This document shows positions 36,565 to 47,778 of a DNA stretch of 64,000 nt, piece after piece. The position numbers and the translations under genes are program-made. The notes under the pieces were generated by a model. The model was given only the letters and a program-made list of their open reading frames with translations. It had not been told where the DNA came from and did no database searches. Source of the DNA: Diplonema japonicum (Eukaryota; Protista; Euglenozoa: Diplonemea); the NCBI GenBank assembly GCA_964019335.1, contig OZ025669.1:62001-126000 (forward strand). Reading direction: 5' to 3'. Numbering within the stretch: position 1 is the stretch's first letter; each line of letters starts with the position of its first letter.

Positions 36565-38295
36565 TTACCTCCAAGCACTCTCATGAGCTGCCTTCTGGGG
36601 TGACACGGGAGGGGGGCCCAGGGGTCTTGGGGGTAGCGTGTGCCACACTCTGTCGCGAATTGGTGATAAGACACGAGAAGCTACCAACGGGGGTGAGAGG
36701 CTTCTCTGCATATTGTTATGAAGTGCTACTGAGCTTTCTGACCCCGAAGGGAACCACGGCACGGCGCTGTGTGCACGGCTAGTTTCTACAGGCTTCTCTG
36801 ACCACAGAACGCCAGCCGCCTTTGTTTTTAAACTGCCCATAGGTGCTGCCAACACAGATCCTGCCATGGGGGTCACGACAACGCACCTCTCCTTTCCGTT
36901 CTGCTGGATGATCAGGTGCAGCGCCTCCAAGCCGTTCTCCTGCAGTGCTGTCTGCAAGTCTTCAAAGCCCTTGATGCGTATGTCGTTGACAGCCACAATC
37001 AGGTCGCCTTCCTTCAGCTCCGCATTGGAGGCAGGACTGCTCTTCATCACAGACCGCACCCGCACACCGCCGTAGTGTACTAAACCAAGCATGCCAAAAC
37101 TCACCCCTTCGCTCACACAAATACCGAGCTTGGGATACCTCAGGGACTTCCTGATTGCCTTGCGGTGTTCGCTCATCTTTCGTTGCCCTTCCTCGACAAT
37201 CTCCTCGACCTCTGTCTCGGTGTAATTAAGGTCATCATAATTCCCCATATAGCTGTACCCTGCCATGCGCTGGATTTTGTCGACCTTCTGATGTTGTTCA
37301 CTATCAGAGCTCTTCCTTCGTCTCATAAATAGTTTCTCTAAATAGTCTTGAGTCTCTTTTTGCATGTCATTCACGTGCCTCAAATGTTTCTCATGCATCA
37401 GTATCAGCCGCTTGCCATCCTCGCTGTTTTGTGCTATTCTTTGCTTCCCTTCCTCTGCTTTTCTCCTGCAGTCCTCGTCACTTATCTTGTCCATCTCTAC
37501 CCTGTTCATCTGCTCCTTGCGTTCTCGGCATTCTGCTGCTTCCCTCTCTGCTGTCTCCTTCTCTTTTCTTGCTTGCTCAGCCCGAAATGCATTCAGTTTA
37601 ATTTGCTCTTTCTTCTCTTGTATCGGTGTGATGATGGACACCAGCAGCTGTCGGATTCCGTTCCACTCGTAGTTCGCTGCAAGCGTCGCGGCATCCTGTC
37701 TTTCGGCCTTTGCACAAATCTCTGCTTCTGTAGTTTCAAGCAGGGCAAAGTAATTAAGCATGTGCTCCACACACCTGAGGTGACCCGAGGCGATGGCGTA
37801 GTGGAAGGGAGTGTACCCCCTCAGAGTGCACACGTTGCTGGTATGAACCCCACTAGTGATACGCCAGTTACGTAGCTCCTTTGTGTCCTGCGTTACTGAA
37901 AGAGGGGGTATCTCGAGGCATATGCGTAAACAGTCAAGATGCCCATACTTGCACACAATGTGCAGAGGTGTGCGCCTCTTCTTGTCCCGCACGCTAATCA
38001 GATCCTTCATGGAACCCTCGAACTTTGCTAATTCCCTGAAAGGAAGAACTTCCCCCAACCTTGCGCATTTCCATATCACTTCCTTTCTTGCATCAGAGAG
38101 CTTCTCAGCGCACCTTTTGCTCCAAGAGATCTCGGACGCCACTGCGAGCCTCCCAGACATCTCTTTCGCCCTTTTGTCTTTATCAACGTGCTCTTCCCAC
38201 AGCTTCACATCCTGCACGCTTGCATTCCCAGCCAGTACCCTCGCTGCGTAGTGCTGCGCAGCAGCAGGTACGCCTTTCACCTCTACCACACGCAT
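36565..38295 (-). CDS. Ankyrin repeat + coiled-coil + PDZ protein
   Basis: RTPLHIVCKYGHLDCL, YTPFHYAIASGHLRCV; KLGICV...VMKSSPASNAELKEGDLIVAVND. Confidence 0.85.
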   Translation of the reverse strand: MRVVEVKGVPAAAQHYAARVLAGNASVQDVKLWEEHVDKDKRAKEMSGRLAVASEISWSKRCAEKLSDARKEVIWKCARLGEVLPFRELAKFEGSMKDLISVRDKKRRTPLHIVCKYGHLDCLRICLEIPPLSVTQDTKELRNWRITSGVHTSNVCTLRGYTPFHYAIASGHLRCVEHMLNYFALLETTEAEICAKAERQDAATLAANYEWNGIRQLLVSIITPIQEKKEQIKLNAFRAEQARKEKETAEREAAECRERKEQMNRVEMDKISDEDCRRKAEEGKQRIAQNSEDGKRLILMHEKHLRHVNDMQKETQDYLEKLFMRRRKSSDSEQHQKVDKIQRMAGYSYMGNYDDLNYTETEVEEIVEEGQRKMSEHRKAIRKSLRYPKLGICVSEGVSFGMLGLVHYGGVRVRSVMKSSPASNAELKEGDLIVAVNDIRIKGFEDLQTALQENGLEALHLIIQQNGKERCVVVTPMAGSVLAAPMGSLKTKAAGVLWSEKPVETSRAHSAVPWFPSGSESSVALHNNMQRSLSPPLVASRVLSPIRDRVWHTLPPRPLGPPPVSPQKAAHESAWR

Positions 38296-38363
38296 ATTCT
38301 TTTGTATTTTACATTCCTTATGATATATATGAGATGTGAGCACAATCCTAACCTACTTCAAGC

Positions 38364-39815
38364 CTACAACATGTTCGTAAGATTCTTGTGACGTTCAAGC
38401 AACATATCACCCCCGGTAGCCTCCTTTAGAAAGCTGGCCAAATACACATGTGCTGCTGTGAGGTGCACAGGTGCGTTTTTGCTGTGTGCAAGGAAGACGT
38501 CAACCAGTTTGTGTGCAGAAAACTTATCACTCATTTCCTTCAAGTACAACTCAAGTATGTGATCGGGGAGATGCGAACCCTGCTCGAGCAGCTGCTGTGC
38601 AAACTGCCCCGCTGCCAAAACATTGGTCTTTATCAGCTTCTCTGCCACTAATTGAAGCACGCTGTTAGGTGCTTTCATGGGATTCAGCACCTGTGTGCCC
38701 TGTTCCTTGGAATCGTCCCCCGTTAAATATCGTAGGTACACCGCCCACTTGAATCCTTGTGCATCCGCCAGTTTCTGCGCTTTCTGAAACATCCGCCCCT
38801 GCACCAGCAGTATGCACAGCACCTCGTACCCATGCTGTGATCTACGAGGCTCACAGATACGGACGATCTGCTCCAAAGTCTTGACCGTCCCTGTCCCTAG
38901 AGAGAGACACCTGTCGAGCGCAAAGGTTTTCACTTCTTGACTTACATCGTTGCAGAGCACGTAGCCCGGTCCACTCCTGAGGACACCCATGCAGTGCAGT
39001 ACATCGGTGACCATTGCTTTGGTGGTGGATTGCAGCCCAGTGGCATCCTCCAGCATGGTGACGTAGAGCTGAAGTGTTCTGTCGGAACACAGCATCCTGA
39101 TGGCTAGGAGCTGCTGGGGAGATGGGTGCAGGTGATTGACTTGTTCGTTGCTGAGGTGCTTCCGAGCCAGCTGCTCAATAATCGCGGTAGCGCTAGCAGT
39201 GCTGCAGGAGTTAAGGGCGTTCAAGAGGAGGGTGATGTCACTGCCTTGGCTTGTTATGCTTGTGTCGGCTTTCAAGCCGAAGTGTGCAGCGTCGTCGATG
39301 AGGGCGGGCAGGTCAGACGGCGCGGAGAGCTGGCAGTGCTTCATGAGCTGCTCCATGACAGCGCTGCTGAGCCCTGTGTAGAACTTGTTCTCTGCTTTCT
39401 TGGTTTTCAGCTTAGTGTAGAGGTTCCTTGCGACCGCCCACCCTGTGCGGGCAGGGTCAACCTCGTCGACTAGGTGGCAGATCTTCATGAAGACGACACC
39501 CGCAGCAGGGGGCACAAGGAGCATGTCCTCCTCCGCGAAGAGGTACACCTCGCTGGCCTGCCGCATGATTGCCTGGCGTGCGCCGACGTCTGTAGTCGCA
39601 GTGGCCAAAGCCAAACCTCGGTCCAGGATGCTCTTCGTGACAATGTCAGTGATCTTGCGTTGACTGAGCTGCCAGTCACTGTACACCTCACAGATGTCAG
39701 CAGGCAGATCAGGCGCCTTTAGCAAATCTACAAACTCCAGCCTCTCAGACTGCAGCATGCTCTTGTAGCTTGACGCCCATCGCACCGCTCGCGACACAGC
39801 CTTAACTCGTAACAT
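38364..39815 (-). CDS. Hypothetical helical protein, possible mitochondrial presequence
   Basis: Likely start MLRVKAVSRAVRWASS; the upstream part of the listed ORF is homopolymer non-coding sequence. Confidence 0.7.
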   Translation of the reverse strand: MLRVKAVSRAVRWASSYKSMLQSERLEFVDLLKAPDLPADICEVYSDWQLSQRKITDIVTKSILDRGLALATATTDVGARQAIMRQASEVYLFAEEDMLLVPPAAGVVFMKICHLVDEVDPARTGWAVARNLYTKLKTKKAENKFYTGLSSAVMEQLMKHCQLSAPSDLPALIDDAAHFGLKADTSITSQGSDITLLLNALNSCSTASATAIIEQLARKHLSNEQVNHLHPSPQQLLAIRMLCSDRTLQLYVTMLEDATGLQSTTKAMVTDVLHCMGVLRSGPGYVLCNDVSQEVKTFALDRCLSLGTGTVKTLEQIVRICEPRRSQHGYEVLCILLVQGRMFQKAQKLADAQGFKWAVYLRYLTGDDSKEQGTQVLNPMKAPNSVLQLVAEKLIKTNVLAAGQFAQQLLEQGSHLPDHILELYLKEMSDKFSAHKLVDVFLAHSKNAPVHLTAAHVYLASFLKEATGGDMLLERHKNLTNML

Positions 39816-40598
39816 GAGAACCTCCACACCTTGGTGTATACCGATGATGGGAAAGAGATGATAAAAAAAAGAAAAAAAGAAACCCACGGAAGAAAAGAAA
39901 AGAAAAAAATCGGCAGTGAGAAAGAAAATAACGAAACACATCGGGGGGGGGGGGGGGGGGGGGGGAGGAAGGAGGGGAAAAAAACGGGGGTGGTAGTGGG
40001 GGAAGGAATATGATCTTTCTTCTTCGTCTTCATTTTTTTCTCTCCTCTTTCTCTTTTCTTCTTTTTTATTTTGCTTCGTTCTTGATCCCAACAATAAAGA
40101 AAAATATTTTTAAAAAAAAATCCTGTTGTCCTAGTGTTGATTTAAAAAAGAAAAAAAAAGAAAAAAAAAACCCCCCCCAGCTGACACGGACTGCCTTAGA
40201 AAGGACTGGCTATTGATGTTGTTTATTCGTAAGTATTCTTTCTTTTCCTCTCGAGAAGACTATTGCTTTGATTCCATTCTCCTGGAAAAAAAAAAAGAAA
40301 AAAGAAAAAAGCAACAAGTAAGGTGCTTTTTATGTTTAGATAGTAAACATAAAGACAAAGCACTGGTGAGTGCCTGGGGGTGTGTAAGAAAACAAAATAG
40401 ATTCACAATGATGGGGGAATAGCTTAGTGCTCGGCTAGTACTCCCCAAAGAAAATAAAAGACAAAAAAAGTCTGTCAAAAAAGGGGGCAATTCCAACAAG
40501 TGTTTCTGTGTAAAAAAGAGCAACTGGCCGTCCGTTGCCAACGTTCCCCTTTTGTTTAGGCAAAGTCGAAGACTCGTTCTTGCAAAAGAAATATATGT

Positions 40599-40643
40599 AT
40601 ATGAGTTAAAGGAAGTCTTTGTGAGACGCCCCCTTTGTACTCA
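40599..40643 (-). mobile_element. Isolated copy of the retroelement 3'-terminal stem-loop (SINE-like or relic)
   Basis: ATATGAGTTAAAGGAAGTCTTTGTGAGACGCCCCCTT(T)GT(A/T)CTCA shared with 18494-18537. Confidence 0.65.
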
Positions 40644-41050
40644 CCAAAAAAAATAAAAAGACTTTTTAAAGATTCTTCTGTATGGTTTATTTCTTTTTGT
40701 CTTTTCTTTCCCTTTTCTTCTTCGTTTCTGTAATTGAACAAATACCCCATGATGCTAAAGGAGGAAGGAGTGGGGAGAAGGAAGAACAGAAACTTCTTTC
40801 TTAAAAAAGAAAATGGCGTGATTGGGTTCTTTTTTTCTTTTTACTTTTTTTTCTATGTTCTTTTTTGCTTGCATGCAACCTTTTAGTGTGCAGTGAGAAG
40901 GAGAAAAAAGAAAAACGGGGGGGCGGGGAGACGAATGCTTCACAGAACAGGGGGATGAGAACTTTTTAAAAAATGATAGTTGCCTCCCCCCCCCCAAAAA
41001 AACTTTCTTTCGTTTGATGAAATGTTCGTGATACGAAGCACCTAGAATCT

Positions 41051-41767
41051 TTAAAGGGTTCTCCCGAAGCGCTGTTTCCTGAGATCCTCCAAGAGGTCAG
41101 GGCACTGATTGTGCAAAGCAGTTTCCATCTTGCCGGGTGCAGGAGGAGCCGAGGGGGAGATCTCAAGGAGGCTACACAGAGCATCAATCTTCTTTCGCGC
41201 AGAAGGGACCTCCTCTTCAGTGCAGACAAGAGCCTCTATCTCAGCCACTACGTGTCCCTCATCAGTGCAATCGATGTCAACTGTAAGGCCGCAGGGCATG
41301 CGGTAGGTGTCCCGTGTGGCAGCCACACGCACTAGCACTGTGATAAGCCCCGACGCAGTGAGGTCAGTCACCTCCTTGATCTTTACCCCTTCAAAGTACT
41401 CTGCCAGACCCCCCGGAACCTCGTGTCCCGAGTACTCCCTGTATGATGCTGCGGTGTGACCCACGTGGTTCAGCCCTGGCCCCACCTTGAACTCCCAACA
41501 GCTCCTCCCGTCCACACTCCTGCTCCTCAGCCACGCATCCCTATAGCACAATCCCCTATCAAGCTTGTCATAGTACGTATCCACCATCCTCTTCGTCCCT
41601 TTGTGTACACCACCTTGCTTCCTTATCCTTGCTCGCAGGCCGCCGTCCACCAGCACCTTTCTCTCCACCTCGATCTTCCCCTTGCTCCTCCCACGGTTTT
41701 TCACAAAGCACGCCATGCACACAGCACATGCCACCACCCCTGCTACGTATTCGCGCTTGACGTTCAT
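41051..41767 (-). CDS. CYTH-domain protein (thiamine triphosphatase-like) with N-terminal hydrophobic anchor
   Basis: IEVERK, DTYYD, WLRSR, WEFK, VAEIEAL. Confidence 0.85.
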   Translation of the reverse strand: MNVKREYVAGVVACAVCMACFVKNRGRSKGKIEVERKVLVDGGLRARIRKQGGVHKGTKRMVDTYYDKLDRGLCYRDAWLRSRSVDGRSCWEFKVGPGLNHVGHTAASYREYSGHEVPGGLAEYFEGVKIKEVTDLTASGLITVLVRVAATRDTYRMPCGLTVDIDCTDEGHVVAEIEALVCTEEEVPSARKKIDALCSLLEISPSAPPAPGKMETALHNQCPDLLEDLRKQRFGRTL

Positions 41768-41849
41768 TTTCCAACCTGAGTTCTGTTATAGAAATTGAAT
41801 AGAATGAAAGGGTTAAAAGAAAAAAGAAATATTTGCTTCGATCTAAAGG

Positions 41850-43090
41850 TTAGATCTCCCAAGCAGGGAAGCGCGCAGTCTCCGGGTGTAACAGGTCGGC
41901 AAAGAAACATATTTCGCCTGCACTGCCTTCCATAAGAGAAAAGGGCATGTCAGGAACACCGGTCACTGCCCTACCTGGGACAGGATAGGTTGCAAGCATG
42001 CGCAGTACGTCGGGCGACAAGGCCGCTCTGGCAAAGTAGTGTGCTTGGTTGAGGTACTGCGTGTCATGAGTGGCACGGTAGAGGGAGAGGAACGAGTAGG
42101 CATTGCCGCTGATGCCGTGGCAGAGGCCTGTCCCTCTGAGTGTGATCCCGTGCTGCCAGAGGAGAGGTGCCAGTGATTCAGCCACTTGAAGATAAGAAGG
42201 GTCTCCCAATGCTTGCGATGCTGCAACAAGAGTTGCGACAAGTCCAGGGGCACCATGGCACCAATGGCATGAAGCCTGAGGTGATGGAAAAGCAGTTGGG
42301 AGGTTTCCCCCTTTGCACGGACCCAAGTCCAGCAAGCGGTCAAGCGTCTCCTTTACAATCTCCTTGTCATTGGCATCCAAGTGGCGCCAGCTGTGCAAGA
42401 GCATAGCGAGAACCCCAGCATGCCCGTGTGCAGCACCGTGATAGAAAGTCCCGTAGAATCTCCACATCAGAGGCAAAGAGCCCTTCGTGGCCTGGGCACG
42501 ACCTGAAGTCACCAACGCCTTGGCGGTGGCTGCCAGCTTCTGCACAAATGTCAAATTATCGTCAATTTCAGGGAACTCTTTGTGAAGAAGGTGCAAGCAG
42601 TACAAGTACCCTGCCTTGCCATAGAGCAGCTCGTCCTCGCACCCAGAAGTCGTGTTCATAGCCAGCAGCCTTTCGATTGCGGTGTGTATCTCGCCCTCCG
42701 ACGCAGCTGTGTTCCTACTCTTCGCTACCAGACAGCTCACAGTGAGAAGGCCAGGTTCTCCTATCAAAAACCCGAGATCGCCCTTGCCCATGCGCATACG
42801 CTTCATTGCAGACAGCGCTTTGCTCGCCTCCTCAAGCATGCTGTCCCTCTGTGCTCACCCTCCCCTTCTATCTCATACAGCCTGCACAGCCGCCAACAGG
42901 TTAGAGCCGTTCCCCCAAGTCCCAGATACAAACTGGCATCGGCACGCGTTTGTCCCTGCGAATTCTGTGCTTTCCCATTCTGCCCTGCCTTCACAAGCAA
43001 GCTTACTTTCTCATTGATATGTCTCAGAATTGTTTCCTTCGACAAACAACTGTCAGGGCACACCGAAGGGGTCTCGACACAGCCCGCCAT
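41850..43090 (-). CDS. LanC-like protein (LANCL); frame break near 42850 (38-nt intron 42841-42878 or 1-bp error)
   Basis: SLYLGLGG, ELLYGKAG, GAAHGHAG, WCHGAPG, GLCHGISGN, SLMEG. Confidence 0.88.
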
Positions 43091-43168
43091 CCGTGCCTGT
43101 TGGTAGTAGGAATGGATATACTTAGAAAGACTCAAATGTAAACGCAATGAGGCGAGTGTTCGGCAGTG

Positions 43169-44701
43169 TTAACTACCTTGTTTGAGTACGGCTTTGATAA
43201 CAGCATAGCCCTCCTTAGCGGCTCTTATCTCACTCTCGCGCAGCTCTGCCTCCAGCTGTGTTGTCCGTTGTACGGCCACATGGTTACATACCATCTCGCG
43301 CTGGATACGCTGCTTGAACTGTCTCTCGTGCACATAGCGCAGCTTCTGCGTCCTTATGTGTTGTAGATGATCGACACGTCTGTCCTTCGTGTCAACAGAC
43401 TCCAGCAATAAAAGCTGTCGGAATTGCTGCTGTTTCTTGCATTTTCTTCCCTCGCATTCTGCCCGCTGTGCCGCGAAGGCTCTCTTGTCACCAAGGACAG
43501 CTTCCCTTTGCACAACGCACTCCTGAACGTGTTGCCTTGACTTCTCTTCGTTGGCGGTGTTCTTCTCGTCACACTCCAGCGCACGTTGCTTTTCCGCTTC
43601 ACGTGTAAACGTCCACTTCAGGGCTCGTTCATCGTTCAGCAACTTGAAGGCTTCTGCACGCTCCATCAGCTTTTTCGTTTTCTCTAGCTGGTAGTCTTCC
43701 AGCTGCTTCTGGACTGTAATCTGTTTGAGCATACATCGCCTCTTCTGTAAGTCGGTTAGGTGCCTGCACTTATCGTAATTTAGGTTACGTGCGACCTGCT
43801 TTTCTTTGTGCTTTAGCTCTTGCAGCAGATGCATCTCTTGTTTCTTCGCCTCTATTTCTGCCTGCTGTTGCCGCTCCACCGTTTCGCGCAGAATCAGTGC
43901 GTCGCAACGCGCAGCCTCGTTGTTCGCCACCTCTTCTTTCGCGGCTACGATCCTTTCTGACAACAGCTCCACGCGCTGTTTCTGAGCCTCGAGCATGCGC
44001 TCCTTAAGCTTGTGCAAATGGTCTTCGTTCTTGATATCTTCCAGCACACGTTCAAGCCTTTCAGCTTCCCTCGTGTTTTCACGCAACTCGGTGATCTTCT
44101 GGCGTCTCTTCTGAGATGCTGCAAGCCTTTCTTGCTTAGCCTCCTTTCGCTCAAGCGCTTTTCCATTCAAGAATCGCTTCCGTTCCTGCAGCGCGCTATG
44201 TGTGGCAAGACCTTTTTGGGTGTAATCAATCTCCTTCTTGATCAGAGCCTCTAGAAACCTTCGCCTCGTCTCTTCTTTTACACCAGGTTTGATAGTCACC
44301 TCCCGAGGTGAGTACACGTGTTCCTCGGGGAAGGGGGGCGCATCCGTTAGTTGCTCATGCATTTCTTCAGAGGACACCTTTTTGCAAAGCGTTTTGTGGT
44401 CATCTTTGAGGGAGTGGAGCAGGCTGATTTGAGTCTCGGCAATCCTGGAATTGACCACCCGCAGGTGCCCAAATGAGATACCTCTGCGTAGCAGGACGAG
44501 TACTGACCTTGGGCTACAGATAGGCAACCCTGTCAGCACACCATCTTCATACGTCACTTCCCTCAAGCCCCCTTTGGGAGATTGGTCCAGCCTCAGCTTG
44601 GCAAACTTTCTGTCAAGTAGACTGTTTGTGTAAACACCGCTAGCAAGTTTACGCAGGACAGTGACCTCCTGTTGCGAAACAGCACCTCTAGAGCGTGTCA
44701 T
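43169..44701 (-). CDS. Coiled-coil protein
   Basis: 510-aa E/K/R/Q-rich ORF in the array orientation. Confidence 0.75.
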   Translation of the reverse strand: MTRSRGAVSQQEVTVLRKLASGVYTNSLLDRKFAKLRLDQSPKGGLREVTYEDGVLTGLPICSPRSVLVLLRRGISFGHLRVVNSRIAETQISLLHSLKDDHKTLCKKVSSEEMHEQLTDAPPFPEEHVYSPREVTIKPGVKEETRRRFLEALIKKEIDYTQKGLATHSALQERKRFLNGKALERKEAKQERLAASQKRRQKITELRENTREAERLERVLEDIKNEDHLHKLKERMLEAQKQRVELLSERIVAAKEEVANNEAARCDALILRETVERQQQAEIEAKKQEMHLLQELKHKEKQVARNLNYDKCRHLTDLQKRRCMLKQITVQKQLEDYQLEKTKKLMERAEAFKLLNDERALKWTFTREAEKQRALECDEKNTANEEKSRQHVQECVVQREAVLGDKRAFAAQRAECEGRKCKKQQQFRQLLLLESVDTKDRRVDHLQHIRTQKLRYVHERQFKQRIQREMVCNHVAVQRTTQLEAELRESEIRAAKEGYAVIKAVLKQGS

Positions 44702-44816
44702 TTGGCATCTTCCACTGCACTGTGTTGTTTAGAAGAAGAGAGCACAATGGCACAACTGGTGAGTAGAAATGAACGCAGGTGGAAACCTGGCTGGACAACT
44801 TTACACAATATACTAC

Positions 44817-46223
44817 CTAGCACAGGTTAAACTGGTGCAGCCTCCTGGAATTCAGCTTTTTCTCAGTGTCCGACATCAGCACTGCCTGACGGGTTGCCCT
44901 CTCTTGTATCTGGTTTTCGATCTGCTTGCGGTGGTTCACGTCTATGGCCTTTCGTGCCTTGCGTCTCTCAATTTCTGCGGTCTCTGCATCCGCTATTTCT
45001 TGCTGAAGCTTCTCCTTTTCAAATGTGCTGCGCTTCAGCTCGGCTTGTCGCCTTGACTCTTTCTCTGCGATCTGCTGAGCGAGGTACTTGCGCATCTCTT
45101 CGCGTTCCTCAGTGACACGTTGCGTCTTTTCTAGTTCTTCCTTCTGGAGCTTTTCCCACGTTCTCTTCATCTCTTGTGTAGCTCGCCTCTCATCTTCAGC
45201 TGCCTTATCGTTCATTGACTGCGCGAGCTGTTGTGCCAGTACAACCTGCTTCGATTGTCTTGCGGTTATCTTCCCCAAAGCCTCTGCGCGCTCCCTCTCC
45301 TGCTTCTCCAGTTTTGCCAAGTGGTCCCTCTGGTGGATCCTGTCCTGCTCGGCCTCTTCTCGGATGATCTTCTCCTTAGCTGCATTCTGTGCTTTGTTTA
45401 TCTCGATGAATCTCTTCACTTCTTTCTGCGCCGCATGGCGGTGTCGCTGTTTCTCAACTTGTTCTTCCTTCAGGTCATGCTGCAGGCGTTTCAAGATTCT
45501 CTCGTCTTCCAACTTCCTCTCCTTCTCATCTGCCGCCCTCATTGCATACATCACCTGCAGCTGCTCGTCTCTCGTCTGCTTCTCCTTTATGTACGCTTCC
45601 TTCTTTTTCTCTTCTTGCTTGGCCTTTTCGACAAGCCAAACGTCCCTTTGGCTCTCTTCTTGCTTGGCGTACTCCTTCTCCTTTCGAATCAGGTCCACCT
45701 TAAAAGCTTTCGACATCTCTACTTGCTTGTCCAAAGCGTCCCTCTGTTCTACCATCCGCATCCTCTTCAAATCCTTCTGCACAACAGACTCCTTTAGCCA
45801 CTCATTGACGTCGTTGAGGCACATGCTGGCCCACAGGTCCGTTTCATTGGTGACACCAACCTTAGAACCCACGACAGACTCCTTCGCCGTGCTCACTGTT
45901 GATGCTGTAGCGAACTGGGTCTTGTCAATCCTTTTGTTTTTGTTCTTGCTCACTGCTGTGCTTATAACGCTCGCGTCCCGTTTGAGCTCTTCCTTGGCCT
46001 CTACCTTAAGCTGTGCTGCGATCCTTACCAGGTCTGACTCTGACATCTTCCCACTCTTGAACAGCTTGTCGATGTGCTTCTCCGCAAGCCCCCTCTCGGC
46101 AATGGTCATCTCATTCCTTTCTTTCAAACACAGGGCTTCTATCTTCTTCATCATCAAATTCTTCAGCTTAATTGTCCTCTTTTGGTACGACTTCTCAGCC
46201 GACAATGCTTGGACAGCCCTCAT
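44817..46223 (-). CDS. Charged coiled-coil protein (trichohyalin-plectin-homology / flagellar CFAP-like)
   Basis: 468 aa with recurring LxxQI motifs (YLAQQIAEK, IENQIQER, LDKQVE). Confidence 0.65.
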   Translation of the reverse strand: MRAVQALSAEKSYQKRTIKLKNLMMKKIEALCLKERNEMTIAERGLAEKHIDKLFKSGKMSESDLVRIAAQLKVEAKEELKRDASVISTAVSKNKNKRIDKTQFATASTVSTAKESVVGSKVGVTNETDLWASMCLNDVNEWLKESVVQKDLKRMRMVEQRDALDKQVEMSKAFKVDLIRKEKEYAKQEESQRDVWLVEKAKQEEKKKEAYIKEKQTRDEQLQVMYAMRAADEKERKLEDERILKRLQHDLKEEQVEKQRHRHAAQKEVKRFIEINKAQNAAKEKIIREEAEQDRIHQRDHLAKLEKQERERAEALGKITARQSKQVVLAQQLAQSMNDKAAEDERRATQEMKRTWEKLQKEELEKTQRVTEEREEMRKYLAQQIAEKESRRQAELKRSTFEKEKLQQEIADAETAEIERRKARKAIDVNHRKQIENQIQERATRQAVLMSDTEKKLNSRRLHQFNLC

Positions 46224-46287
46224 CTTGTTTCCTGTGATATAAATATCAACTTACGTTACCATTAGCGAAGGGGGTTAAATGTATAAC

Positions 46288-47411
46288 CTACACCGGGTCC
46301 TCCCGCGACAGGTCTTTACCCCACACCTTGCTGGCGGGCTGGCTCTGTGTTGTGTTTGGTGGGACGGCACTCATACCAAAAAGGATACTACGTTCTGAAC
46401 AAAGGACCCCTTGTCGTAGGGGTGGCCCGTTGATGTCCCGTACACGTCTTTGCTGTACTCCCTTGTCGTGAGGCCCTTCCCCAGTATGTAGAAGGTTGAG
46501 AGGGTCATGCCGGTCATGCCCAGCCCACCGAAGGACGTCCACATGATGACAACAAAACACGCTGCGCGTTGCCCGCCTGTGACTTGCGTGTTGAAAAACT
46601 TCCGCACTGCGAATACCCAGCCTTCGTAGCAAGCCGCCGTTGTGAAGATCAGAAACAGCAGGAAGAACCGCATGTTGCGTTTCCCCACACAAGTCCCCGT
46701 GACGTGGCAGTGGTGGTCGAAGTTGTCCACACACACGTCGCACCTTGCGCAGTGCGATGCTCTGGCGGGGCGGTGGATGTTGCAAGTGCTGCACCACTTG
46801 ATGGGAATCCTATAGTTCCCAACGTCCTGTGTGCTGTCTGGCTTGGCAGGCGTCGAGGGGTCGCGTTCCTGAATGCCAGGCTCTGTTGCATGAGCGAAAA
46901 GCAAGAAAGTGTGTGCGAAAATTACGGAATACAAGAGATAGGTGTCGAAATGGAGCGAAGAAAAACAGAGGAGGAGCAAGAAGTAAGGTACGAGGATGAG
47001 AAAGGCGGGGATGGCAAAGTAGGCCGAGGAGGGTGGGAGGATGACTCGCCCGTTGAGGTACATCTTGACGTTGCCGTGGCGGTAGGGCTTCCCGAGGAAT
47101 GCAGCCTCGATGGCGTCCCAGCGGTGCTCGATCCACCGAAACTTCTCCGCGAACTCTTTGGCCCGTTCTGCGTGCGTCTTGGGGGGTCTGTTCAGCGCTA
47201 CCTCGGTCTCGTGCCTTATGGCCTCTACTTGCGTCCGTGCATCCGGCACCTCCCCTGGCACCGCGTCCTTCGTGGAAACCGTCATCCCACAAAACGGGCA
47301 CTGAACCAACTCATACCCTAACCATGGGAACAGAACCCGTTCTCCACATTCGCACTTCACCTCCATCCATTGGTTCTCTCTTCCAGGGGAACCACTCTCA
47401 AGGTCCGCCAT
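46288..47411 (-). CDS. DHHC palmitoyltransferase, paralog 1; intron 46345-46376
   Basis: [39 protein letters not shown]; N-terminal CECG..CPFC. Confidence 0.93.
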
Positions 47412-47747
47412 TTTGTTGCCCTCCTAAGATGGATCTCGGGTATTTTCTTCTTTTTTCTTTTTTGCATGATAATAATACTCATATTCTCTTCAAAACATCT
47501 GTTTGGGCAGTCTGGATCCTGGTGCTTGCTACAACGCCGGCAATCAGTTAAAAGCGAGTTGCAGACGGAATACCTGTAGAAGGACAAGCCCACCACTACT
47601 CACCACTACTCTTTTTAGTAATAACAGTTTCATTATCAAATATATATTGTTTCTCTTGTCCAAGCAAAAAGAAAAGATGAAGAAAAAAAAAAGAACGAAA
47701 CAACACTCATGGCTTGCCATACTTAATGAGCCTGTCTTTTGTTGTTG

Positions 47748-47778
<31 letters not shown>

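Noticed and set aside
40584-41832. AAAAGAAATAT as a TSD bracketing the 3' stem-loop and the CYTH gene (retro-transduction)
   Set aside because: A low-complexity A-rich match likely by chance; it does not abut the element end exactly.
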